Positions 36,143-45,100 of a stretch of 64,000 nt of DNA are shown in pieces (positions within the stretch are counted from its first letter, which is position 1; every line of letters begins with the position of its first letter). Origin of the DNA: Ignavibacteriaceae bacterium (lineage in GTDB: Bacteria > Bacteroidota > Ignavibacteria > Ignavibacteriales > Ignavibacteriaceae); assembly GCA_013388515.1 (NCBI GenBank), contig JACAFC010000196.1, forward strand, positions 397-64,396, read 5' to 3'. The position numbers and the translations under genes were made by a program. The notes under the pieces were generated by a model, which was not told the DNA's origin, searched no databases, and was given only the letters and a program-made list of their open reading frames with translations.

Positions 36143-36841
36143 TTAGTTATTGGTGTTAAACTTGATTCGGAATTTTGTTCCCTTACCATAAGTACTCTCA
36201 AAGTCAATTTCGGCATTGTACTCTTGTAATAGTGCTTTGCAAACACTTAAACCCAATCCCGTACCTTTTGCTTTGCTTGTATAAAAATCGCTGAAAATTT
36301 TTTTCTTTTGTTCTTCTTTTATGCCAATGCCATGGTCTTCAATTTCCCAAATTATGCCTTTACATTTTTCATTATCCAGGCAGTAGGATTTAATATTTAT
36401 GGAATTAGATTGTCCCTTAGCTTCAATAGCATTAGATATCAAATTAAGAAATACTTGAAGCAGTTTGTCCTTCTGAAAATAAACTGAAGGAAGTTGGTCG
36501 TCTATTTGAGTATTTAAGGTAATGTTTAATCGGGATGCATTAATTTGCATTACATTAACCGCCATGTCAGTCACCTCTTTTATCGAACAAACTTCTGTAT
36601 CCTGAGTAGGCTTTTTAGAAAAATCTGAAAAATTTTCTATAAGAAAAAGCATCCGTTTAGTTGCATCGTTGCATGATTGTACGCAATCTAGAACTTCATT
36701 CGGAAGATTCTCTCTAATCATGTTCAAATAATCTAAATTCAATTTTATTACAGAAAGTGGATTGCGAATTTCATGAATAAGACTAGCGGTGAGTTTGCCT
36801 AAAATTTGCAAACGATTATTCTGAATATGCTTCGAGCCCAT
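36143..36841 (-). CDS. Soluble, sensor-less histidine kinase (DHp + HATPase only)
   Basis: 232 aa. H-box SLIHEIRNPL within ~20 residues of the N-terminus, N-box LNLISNAIEA, G-boxes EDHGIGI and GTGLGLSV. No TM or PAS domain. Stop lies 8 nt from the response-regulator start. Confidence 0.88.
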   Translation of the reverse strand: MGSKHIQNNRLQILGKLTASLIHEIRNPLSVIKLNLDYLNMIRENLPNEVLDCVQSCNDATKRMLFLIENFSDFSKKPTQDTEVCSIKEVTDMAVNVMQINASRLNITLNTQIDDQLPSVYFQKDKLLQVFLNLISNAIEAKGQSNSINIKSYCLDNEKCKGIIWEIEDHGIGIKEEQKKKIFSDFYTSKAKGTGLGLSVCKALLQEYNAEIDFESTYGKGTKFRIKFNTNN

Positions 36842-36920
36842 TTTTATTCAATGGTTTGTTTTTTTTTGCTAAAATACTGTTTTAATTTGAATTATGGAAG
36901 TTGGTTGAGGAGGAGGGATA

Positions 36921-36950
36921 AAACAAAAAGGGGAGTAACTGGTTACTCCC
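36921..36950 (-). terminator. Intrinsic terminator overlapping the flgM stop codon
   Basis: Minus-strand GGGAGUAA-CCAG-UUACUCCC followed by CUUUUUGUUUU. The hairpin includes the flgM stop (36943..36945). Confidence 0.75.
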
Positions 36951-37191
36951 TAATTTGTTTCAAAATTTTTTCAGCAATTTTTTCAATTACTTCTTTTGAA
37001 TCATAATACTTTGATTCAATCTTTTGCCTTATTTCACTAAAATCCTTAAATCCAGCGCTAGTAATAAATGATTTTGCCTCGGCAGAAATCTCAATTTTAT
37101 CTTTGGCAGCAGGATCCTCGGATTTATTCTGACGAACTTTTGACTTTTCGTCATTTTGGAAATATTTTGGACCGATACTACTTATGTTCAT
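36943..37191 (-). CDS. flgM: Anti-sigma-28 factor FlgM
   Basis: 82 aa. DKIEISAEAK is close to B. subtilis FlgM DKIEISSQAK. C-terminal EIRQKIESKYYDSKEVIEKIAEKIL matches the FlgM sigma28-binding helix pattern. Confidence 0.75.
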   Translation of the reverse strand: MNISSIGPKYFQNDEKSKVRQNKSEDPAAKDKIEISAEAKSFITSAGFKDFSEIRQKIESKYYDSKEVIEKIAEKILKQIRE

Positions 37192-37195
37192 TTTA

Positions 37196-37528
37196 TTACT
37201 TTCTGTATGATGCTAATTTTTTTTGATTCTGTGTTAACTCAAGCTCTTTTTGAACTGCCTGAATCTTTCTCTTCCATTCTGTAATTGTATTATCGTACTT
37301 CAACTTAATTTGTTTAGCCAAAGCAAAAATTGTTTCATTTTTTGTGATATTCCACCTTGATTTTAGAGCATTAAGCTCATTTTGAAGCATTAATGCTTCA
37401 TTAAATTTTTTTTGAATTGCAGTGAAATTATTTGAAAAGTTGGTTTCATCCAGTGTATTGAAATCAGCTAAGACCTCTGAGAGGAGTGATTTTATGCTCT
37501 CTTCTTTATGTGTAATCGAGTTTTCCAT
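37196..37528 (-). CDS. Small helical protein in flagellar chaperone position (FlgN- or FliT-like?)
   Basis: 110 aa, predicted all-helical. Sits between fliD and flgM, where export chaperones are usually encoded. No diagnostic motif seen. Confidence 0.35.
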   Translation of the reverse strand: MENSITHKEESIKSLLSEVLADFNTLDETNFSNNFTAIQKKFNEALMLQNELNALKSRWNITKNETIFALAKQIKLKYDNTITEWKRKIQAVQKELELTQNQKKLASYRK

Positions 37529-37536
37529 TAATAACC

Positions 37537-39297
37537 TTATGCGAATAGATCTGTATCGAAAACACCTGACGCAGATAAAAGTGAAGCAAGCTGCAATTGG
37601 AGATCATAATAACTTTGCCGAAGAATATCTGCACTTTTTTCAATTCGGGTTTCGGCAGAGGATATTGAATCTTTGAGATAGTCAATATTGTTAGTTAATG
37701 TACTTTTCAATTTTGCAATATAACCGTTTAATCCGGTATATGGTGTAATTCTGTCGTAAATAGAATTTGCTATACCATTTTCCGAATCAAAAAGTGCTTC
37801 AATTTGTTCTGCCTGATCTTCAATAGCGTTGGTAAGTTGAGTGTTGTTTGATATGGATAAGCCTGATTCAGTGTTAAATGATATTCCTAATTCAGAAAGC
37901 GTATTGATTTCTGAAGAGGAGATGCCAGTTACAGGCGAATAAGCTGCTGTGCTTAGCATACTAATAAGAGCTGATGCTGAAGAATTTCCAAGAAGCACAC
38001 CTCGTGTTGTTCCAGAAGTTTTTGAATTTGACTTTAAATATGAATAAAGATCATTAAAACTTGTAATGAACTCTTCTATTTTAGTTTTTATTGAAGTTAC
38101 GTCATTGCTTATGGTTACATTTACATCCACATCTTCATCAGCCATAACGGATTTTAGACTGATTGTTACACCATTTACCAAATCCGAAATGATGTTTGAA
38201 TCTCTTTTGATTTCTAATCCATTAAAAATGAGTATGGAGTTTAAATCATCTTCATTAAACCTATAACCGGCAGTATCGCTTCCAGATTCACTTTGAACAA
38301 ATGCTGTTCTATTAGTTCCTAGGTTTAATCCAAAAGCCGCAAGTATATTGCCGCTGGTATCTGAGATTTGCTCGATCTTAAATCCGCTGCCTGTGTTTTC
38401 AGAAGTTAATGAAATTTGTGTAAGACCCTCAATTGGTGAAAAAGCTGTTGCGGTTACTAACCCTGCTGCCCCTTTTTCTTGCTCTACTGAAAGCCCAAGT
38501 TCGCTTAATAATGAAGCTGTGTCTTCCTTAAGCGTAATGTATTTTGTTGAATCTGTTACTGTAAGTTTAAGTGATACATTAGAACCATTAACAACTTTTT
38601 CAGCGGTAATTCCGCTTACTGATTCAAGCTGAGAAACGATGCTGTCAATAATCTCTTCGTAGCTGCCTGCTGCGTAATCAATTGTAGTTTCTGTTCCGCC
38701 AAGATCAATTTTAAATGAGCCGGAAGAAGAGGTGCTTCCGCTTAGTGAATTGGAAGTAACAACAGCTTTATCGCTATTTATTGCATCTCTAATTTTTTCT
38801 GCCAAATCTTCATTTGAAATAGCTCCAGAGGTAAAGTCGCTGCTTGTTAGTGTAACAGTAACATTGCTGGTGAATTGACCTCCATTACCATCGCCTGTTT
38901 TTATTGTAAATGAATAATCGCCGGGTGATGTAATCGATGAATTAGCAGAAGATGTTTTGTCCAAAGACAAAAGCAAATCACTCTTTGCCAATTGATTTAC
39001 TCTAATTGAAAAATTTCCTTTGCTGGCTGTTGAAGAAGCACTTGCGGTTAAAAAACTTGTATTGCTGGCAGCGGCTGCTTTTGCCGCAAAAGGTGAAACG
39101 GAACCTGAGGATTTAATTGATGATAATTTAGTTTTAAAGGAATCAATCTTTTGCTGTAAAGTTGTATACACAGATGACAAGTTGTTGTACTTTGTCATTC
39201 TAGTTTGCAGCGGAGTGATCTTTTTTTCATATTCGTTTTGAATAAAAGAGTTAACGAGATAATTAATGCCTGATGTAGTTAAATTATCATAAGCCAT
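37537..39297 (-). CDS. fliD: Flagellar filament cap protein FliD
   Basis: 586 aa. FliD N-terminal (TSGINYLVNSFIQNEY...RMTKYNNLSSVYTTLQQKIDSF) and C-terminal coiled-coil domains, with a Ser/Thr-rich central head. Confidence 0.9.
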   Translation of the reverse strand: MAYDNLTTSGINYLVNSFIQNEYEKKITPLQTRMTKYNNLSSVYTTLQQKIDSFKTKLSSIKSSGSVSPFAAKAAAASNTSFLTASASSTASKGNFSIRVNQLAKSDLLLSLDKTSSANSSITSPGDYSFTIKTGDGNGGQFTSNVTVTLTSSDFTSGAISNEDLAEKIRDAINSDKAVVTSNSLSGSTSSSGSFKIDLGGTETTIDYAAGSYEEIIDSIVSQLESVSGITAEKVVNGSNVSLKLTVTDSTKYITLKEDTASLLSELGLSVEQEKGAAGLVTATAFSPIEGLTQISLTSENTGSGFKIEQISDTSGNILAAFGLNLGTNRTAFVQSESGSDTAGYRFNEDDLNSILIFNGLEIKRDSNIISDLVNGVTISLKSVMADEDVDVNVTISNDVTSIKTKIEEFITSFNDLYSYLKSNSKTSGTTRGVLLGNSSASALISMLSTAAYSPVTGISSSEINTLSELGISFNTESGLSISNNTQLTNAIEDQAEQIEALFDSENGIANSIYDRITPYTGLNGYIAKLKSTLTNNIDYLKDSISSAETRIEKSADILRQSYYDLQLQLASLLSASGVFDTDLFA

Positions 39298-39635
39298 TAT
39301 TGCTGCCTATTGTTAATTGCTTGAATCCATGATTCGCGTAACTCAATAAGTATTTTGCTAACTATTTCAAAATTATTTTTTCGTGCTTGTTCTTGACAAA
39401 ATTGATAGAGTTGGAATAAGCTTATGGATAAATCTCTATAACTTTCATCATCAAACCTTAGCATATTAATTAGCTCTTGAATGGCATTATTAGTTTTAAG
39501 CAATTCCTTTTTTTCGGAATTCAGCACTGCAAAGTCATACACTTTAATTAATAATTTTTCGGGTGACGAGTCAAGAATATCTTTTACAACATATGAATTG
39601 ATTTTGTTTTTACTCAGTGTAGCCGTATGGTGCAT
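39297..39635 (-). CDS. fliS: Flagellin-specific chaperone FliS
   Basis: 112 aa four-helix-type protein (SPEKLLIKVYDFAV...AIQELINMLRFD...SISLFQLYQFC...ELRESW). 1-nt overlap with fliD. Confidence 0.85.
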   Translation of the reverse strand: MHHTATLSKNKINSYVVKDILDSSPEKLLIKVYDFAVLNSEKKELLKTNNAIQELINMLRFDDESYRDLSISLFQLYQFCQEQARKNNFEIVSKILIELRESWIQAINNRQQ

Positions 39636-39655
39636 TATATATCCCTAAACATTTT

Positions 39656-39683
39656 ATAAAAACCCCCGGAATTATTCCGGGGG
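39656..39683 (-). terminator. Intrinsic terminator downstream of fliC
   Basis: Minus-strand CCCCCGGAA-(short loop)-UUCCGGGGG followed by UUUUUAUAAAA; 23 nt after the fliC stop and only ~20 nt before the fliS start. Confidence 0.85.
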
Positions 39684-39705
39684 AGTTTCTTCATCTGATT
39701 CAAGA

Positions 39706-40536
39706 TTATCGAAATAAGGACAACAGAGCCGATGGTGCGGAGTTAAGCTGAGCCAACATCGATACTCCGATTTGTGTTCCAATTTGACCCTTTGTTGCAT
39801 TCAATTGTTCGTAAGCCATATCAGCATCAAATAATTTACCTATTGTAACGCTGTTATTTGCAATTGCTGAAGTAAGGTAAGCTTCGCGAGAATCTAATGC
39901 TTGTGAAAGGTTACCAAGTCTTCCAAGTGCAGATCTTACATTAGCTGCGACAGTAGTTGTGTCGAAGGTAAGAACTGTACTATCGGTAGAACTTTGCAAG
40001 TTTGAAGATCCAACAGCGGTTGCAAGAGTTACAGAATTTAAATATGATGCGCTAGCAAAATCTACTGTGAAAGCAGAACCGCCAACATCATAACTTGGTG
40101 AACTAACTGCAGTTGAACCGTCTGTACTTGCTAACAATTGAGCACCATTAATATTGGTACTCTTTAAGATAGAATCTATTTCAGCAGCAAGCGTGCGGAT
40201 ATCTTTTGCTATAGCAGCGGTATCCTTTAGTGGATCTTTTGCATCAATTTGCTTTCCAACGATTTGTGTGAAGTAATCATTAATCTGTTGTAAAGCTGAT
40301 TCAGCTGTTGCTAAATAGTTCTTTGCAGATGCAACGTTGTTTAATTGAGCTTTTTGAATCTGTGTTTGAGATTCAAGTCTTTTACCAACGTTGTAACCCG
40401 AAGTATCATCAGCAACGCTATTAATCTTCTTGGTTGTTGCTAAACGAAGCTGAGCTTTTTCGGTTTGTGCATTAACTTTTGCTAATGCATTGTAGGCCTG
40501 AAGTGCGCCTAGGTTAGTGTTTACTGAGAATGGCAT
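39706..40536 (-). CDS. fliC: Flagellin (short, 276 aa, D0/D1 with a ~65-aa Ser/Thr-rich variable segment)
   Basis: N-terminal SVNTNLGALQAYNALAKVNAQTEKAQLRLATTKKINSVADDTSGYNVGKRL and C-terminal MLAQLNSAPSALLSLFR are canonical flagellin termini. Has its own sigma28 promoter and terminator. Confidence 0.95.
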   Translation of the reverse strand: MPFSVNTNLGALQAYNALAKVNAQTEKAQLRLATTKKINSVADDTSGYNVGKRLESQTQIQKAQLNNVASAKNYLATAESALQQINDYFTQIVGKQIDAKDPLKDTAAIAKDIRTLAAEIDSILKSTNINGAQLLASTDGSTAVSSPSYDVGGSAFTVDFASASYLNSVTLATAVGSSNLQSSTDSTVLTFDTTTVAANVRSALGRLGNLSQALDSREAYLTSAIANNSVTIGKLFDADMAYEQLNATKGQIGTQIGVSMLAQLNSAPSALLSLFR

Positions 40537-40626
40537 AAAAAAACCTCCGTGTTTTTTTGTATCAAGCGTCCATGCTTGACTTTTTTGAATTTAGTTAATT
40601 ATAAGAACTTTTTGTGTTCAAGTAGA

Positions 40627-40653
40627 TTATCGTAGGCGGGCTAGATTTGTTTA
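40627..40653 (-). promoter_or_regulatory. Sigma28 (FliA)-type promoter of fliC
   Basis: Minus strand TAAA (40653..40650), a 15-nt spacer, then TACGATAA (40634..40627), versus consensus TAAA-N15-GCCGATAA. About 90 nt upstream of the fliC ATG. Confidence 0.65.
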
Positions 40654-40673
40654 GTTAGAAATAAAAAAATTTT

Positions 40674-42197
40674 TTACGTTAGTTTTAATACACTGGCAAG
40701 CAGTTTTTTTATTGATTTAAGTCTTTCAGTTACAGCAGATATGCCTGAAAACCTTACCTCGACCTCATTCAATATTTTTGAAATTTTATCAAAATCACCT
40801 TTTTTTAGGTATAATGTAATTAGGTAAAGGTAAATTGCTGGATCATTCTCAAAATTGGAAAGTGCCTCCTCCAGAATTTCTATCGGTTCTAAAATTTCAC
40901 CGGCTTCCTCATAAAGTTTTGCAAGATTTTTTGCAACCTCAACATTTGAAGGGTGATCTTGTCTAAATCGCTTTACAACTTCAATTACTTGATTATTGTT
41001 TGGATTTTGTGATAATAGTTGAAGAAAAAAAGTAAGGTTGTATTTGTTAGTTATTTTATAAAGGTCATTGACCTCCTGGATATTCATTGCTGAATTTGCA
41101 AACAGTTTATTAATAACCTTGGTATAATTAATTTCTTTTCCGTAAAGGGAATTATAGTAATTAAAGAGCTCATCTTTATAGAATTTAAGATACTTTTCAT
41201 TTTTGGTATTTACTGCAAGCATAAGCCCGAAATAAATTATTTCTTCGGAATTGAGAATTATAGAAATTGAGTTTTCTCCGCCATTTTTTAGTTTTTGATT
41301 TAAAAGAAAAGCAAGTTTACATTTCTCCTCTGCAGCGGCCATATCTCCGTTTCTTAACAATATTTTTGCGGCCGCTAAGTAACTGAATGGTTGTTGAGAA
41401 TCTAACTGTAAAGAGAGTTTAATATTTCTTTCAGCTAGTTCACCTTTAAAGTTTTTATGGTTTATTAGTGCTAGAAAAGTGTAGCATTGTGCCCTATGAG
41501 TTTTTTCAAGTTCAGATGATCCTCCAGCAATTTTATAAAATTTTTCTGCATTTAAATCGTCATCTAGAATATTGTATGTATTACCAAGTTGAAAAGCGTA
41601 GTATGGAGAAGAAGATTTTTCATACTCATCCAACAATAAGCGGAGGTTTCGAGCAGCTTTAAGTTTTTTTAATTCAGCGGATACATTATACCCGAAATGA
41701 TTTATTAAAATTTTTGACTGGCGAATTGTAATGTTATTTTCTTTTAATGAAGGTACAATTTGTTCATGTACTTTTCCGGAAAATGCAATTCTTTCAATTC
41801 TCGGGAACAAGCGAACGTAACGCATTGTGTTATCATAACTGCTATCATTATCAAAGCTTTTAACAGTGCAATAGTACCCAGCTGTTTCACCAGACTTCTT
41901 TATATTCAGTAATTCATTAATTGATGAGGGATCTAAAGATTCATCTGCGTCAAGATAAAGAATGAGATCACCTGTACATTTGCTTAGTGCATAGTTTCGT
42001 GCTGCCGAAAAATCGTTTGTCCATTCAAACTGAAAGACACGAGCATTATAGGATTTTGCAAGTTCAACTGTTTCATCATCTGAGCCGGTATCTGCAATAA
42101 CTATTTCGTCTATTACCTCATTTACTGAAGAAAGGCAACGCGGTAAGTTTAACGCCTCATTTTTAGCAATCATACAAAGTGAAAGTGTTTTACTCAT
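40674..42197 (-). CDS. Family-2 glycosyltransferase fused to TPR repeats
   Basis: 507 aa. GT2 N-domain (LSLCMIAKNEALNLPRCLSSV...IVIADTGSDDET...LYLDADE), then ~300 aa of TPR-like helical repeats. 8-nt overlap with the upstream giant ORF. Confidence 0.85.
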   Translation of the reverse strand: MSKTLSLCMIAKNEALNLPRCLSSVNEVIDEIVIADTGSDDETVELAKSYNARVFQFEWTNDFSAARNYALSKCTGDLILYLDADESLDPSSINELLNIKKSGETAGYYCTVKSFDNDSSYDNTMRYVRLFPRIERIAFSGKVHEQIVPSLKENNITIRQSKILINHFGYNVSAELKKLKAARNLRLLLDEYEKSSSPYYAFQLGNTYNILDDDLNAEKFYKIAGGSSELEKTHRAQCYTFLALINHKNFKGELAERNIKLSLQLDSQQPFSYLAAAKILLRNGDMAAAEEKCKLAFLLNQKLKNGGENSISIILNSEEIIYFGLMLAVNTKNEKYLKFYKDELFNYYNSLYGKEINYTKVINKLFANSAMNIQEVNDLYKITNKYNLTFFLQLLSQNPNNNQVIEVVKRFRQDHPSNVEVAKNLAKLYEEAGEILEPIEILEEALSNFENDPAIYLYLITLYLKKGDFDKISKILNEVEVRFSGISAVTERLKSIKKLLASVLKLT

Positions 42198-45100
42198 TTG
42201 CCGGCTTGTTTGATAATGAACTAAACTCTAATTCTTCAAGACTGTTATGATTTTGGGGCAGAGACAAAATTTCATTTACTGTTTTTAGTGCTCCAAAAGC
42301 AGTTTGATTTTGCGGATTATTTTTAACTGCCCATTCGAACATTGTTTTTGCTGCCTCAAAAAATTCATCATTAAATAATATTTGTCCTAACCCAAAACAT
42401 GCATCTGAAGAAGAAGGATTAAGTTTAAGTGCTTCTTCAAAATAAATTCTGGCAGCATAAGTATCGTTATTTACTAAACAAATATTTGCATAAAGAATTA
42501 AAAGTTTTTCCTTAGAAATTAATTGTTTTGATTTAGCGGCTGAATCATAAGACTGAACAGCTAAATTCAGTTCTTGTTGAGCTAATTCATACTCTTTATC
42601 TTTAATGTAATTATTTGCACGTTCAAAACTTTTTACAAATTCATCTTTATCTAAAGAAATGTATAAACTATGCTGGTGATTGAACTCCTTTTTTCTTGTC
42701 CAAATTTCGTCCGGATCTGCACCCCATTTCGAAATAAATTTTTGTCGATTAGTTTTTAGAATATCTGAATATTGTTTTTCTCCATTTGCCTTAAAACTTT
42801 TAGAGCCATAGTGGTGAATAAAAACATCTTTAGCAATTACAGTTTTATATCCGGCTAGTTGAGCTCTTAGGCAAAAATCATCATCCTCATAATTCCCAGG
42901 CGTGAACCGTTCATCGAGTCCACCAATTTTATCGATAACTTCTTTCTTAATAAGTGTGCAAAGAAAAGCAACACGAGGAAAGGGGAGGATTTCTTTTTTA
43001 TTTTTTGCTCTTACTAAATCAGCATAGTTGTTCATTTGCTCAATATTCTCGTAGACAGCATTCGAATCTTTTTGTGCACCGCTTACTTGGTTGCTGATAG
43101 GTCCAACAATTCCTATCACCGAATCAGATTCTGCAGCTTCAATCAAACTTTCTATGCTTCCTTTAGTAAAAACTATATCGTTATTTGCAATAAGAATAAA
43201 TTTCCCATTAGCTTGTTGAATGCCCTGGTTGACAGCAATTGGAAACCCAAGATTGTCTTTATTCCAAACTACTCTCGCAATATCCAATTCTGAAAGTGAC
43301 TCAAGATAACTTTTGGTTTCAGAGGCACTGGCATTATCTATAATTATGATTTCATAATTAATGCTTGTACTTGCTTTAATGCTGTTGATACATTCTTGTG
43401 TATAATTTAGTTGATTGTGGGCTGGAATAACTATGGATACTAAAACTTGTTTGTTATCATGCTTAATCAAAGTGTTATTGAATTTATTGTAAGGTAATTT
43501 TTGATGGAACTGATTCAGTAATTTTTCTTTCTTTTCGGGATTGAACTTGACTTCTAAAATTTGTTCAAAAGAATTTATAAATGCTTTGCATGAGTTGTAG
43601 TCTGAATATTCAAGTGAAGTTTTGTATGCATTTTCTAAAATATCAGTTAGGCCAATTGTTCGATAGAGAATATCTAATAACTGTTTTACAAAATGCTGAT
43701 TATCCCCATACTTTACAAAAAATCCATTATGCTGTGCTATGCAGAAGCTTTCAGCTCCCATGTTTTCAGTTGTAATGAAAGGTGTTCCGCAAGCCATAGC
43801 TTCAAGTATGGGCAGCGAAAAACCCTCGTACCATGAGGTACACACAACAACAGAAGCATTTTGTATTAGATGTGCTACTTCGCTGCTGGAAAGCTTAAAA
43901 TACAATTCTACCTTGCAATTTAATTCCTTGATCATCATATCTATAGTTGCCATATGGTTCTCTGGTTTGAAACCCATAACAATTTGAAGCTTTAGATCAG
44001 GAAATCTAAGCGTAGTATTTTGAATTGTAGCAACCACATTTGAGAGAAATGAAAATCCCTTTAACGGGTGAAAGGGATTACCTATAAACAAAATTGTTTT
44101 ACTTCTATTCTCATCATAATTCTTAAAAGAAAATACTTGATGATCTACTCCATTTGGGATGAAATAACTTGTTCTGTTAAATTTTTGTTTGAAGAGATCA
44201 AAAAGATGCTTTGAAACAACGATGTTTTTAACAGGGATTGCATGAAGCTGTGTTAAAATATGCTTATCGCTTCTCAGCTCATCATAGTTTCGTCCAAAGT
44301 GATAGCCTTCATACCCTTGACATAAATGAACAACTTTTGAAATTGGGATTTTGTTTAATATCAGCGGCACTTCAAAAATGCTGAAAACAATGTACACTTT
44401 CGAGTCATTCTTAATATCATTTACAGAATTGATTTTCACATATTCAATTTTTTTAGTTACCCAGTCAGGTTTAGGTGAAAATGAAATCACTCTAACTTTT
44501 ACACCAAGCTCTAACAACCATTCAGCATATTTGAACATTGTTTTAGTTCCACCACCCAGAACAGAAGCATCTTTGATTATAAAAGTAACAGTGTCAGTTT
44601 TATTAACACCCAGTTTGGAGGTAACTTTATTTTTATAAAACTCGATGAAATCTTCACTAAAATATTTATCATTAAATTCAAATCCAGATTTACATGAGGG
44701 ACAAATAAATTGCTCATTGTGAGCGGCTGATTTCATTTCATATTTTAATATAAGCTTGAAATTTGTATTGCAGTTCTTGCATTGAATTTTCAATTCGTGT
44801 TGTATCGAGTTTTCAACCATGCTGTCAGGTTCAACAACCCATGCATGAACATTTGCCGGGTTGAGTTCTGTGTATGAACCATTGGATGGAAACTCCAAAA
44901 GTACGGGATGAAAGGTTTCTATTTCACCTGATGTAATAAAATGGGGGGCAATTTTCTTAAGATATGTTTCAACAGCTTTGGCTTGCTTTTGCTTACCATC
45001 CTTAATTAGCTTTTGAACATATTCCTTGGAATCCAAAAAGAAATTATGTTTTTTATAAACGTGTTTTTTCCTTTTAAGAAATAGCCGAAGAATATTTTTT

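Noticed and set aside
39697-39704. Third TTCGATAA box (sigma28 -10-like) overlapping the fliC stop codon
   Set aside because: There is no TAAA at the required 15-nt spacing upstream (the -35 position reads TCGG on the minus strand). It also lies upstream of the fliC terminator, so it is unlikely to drive fliS.
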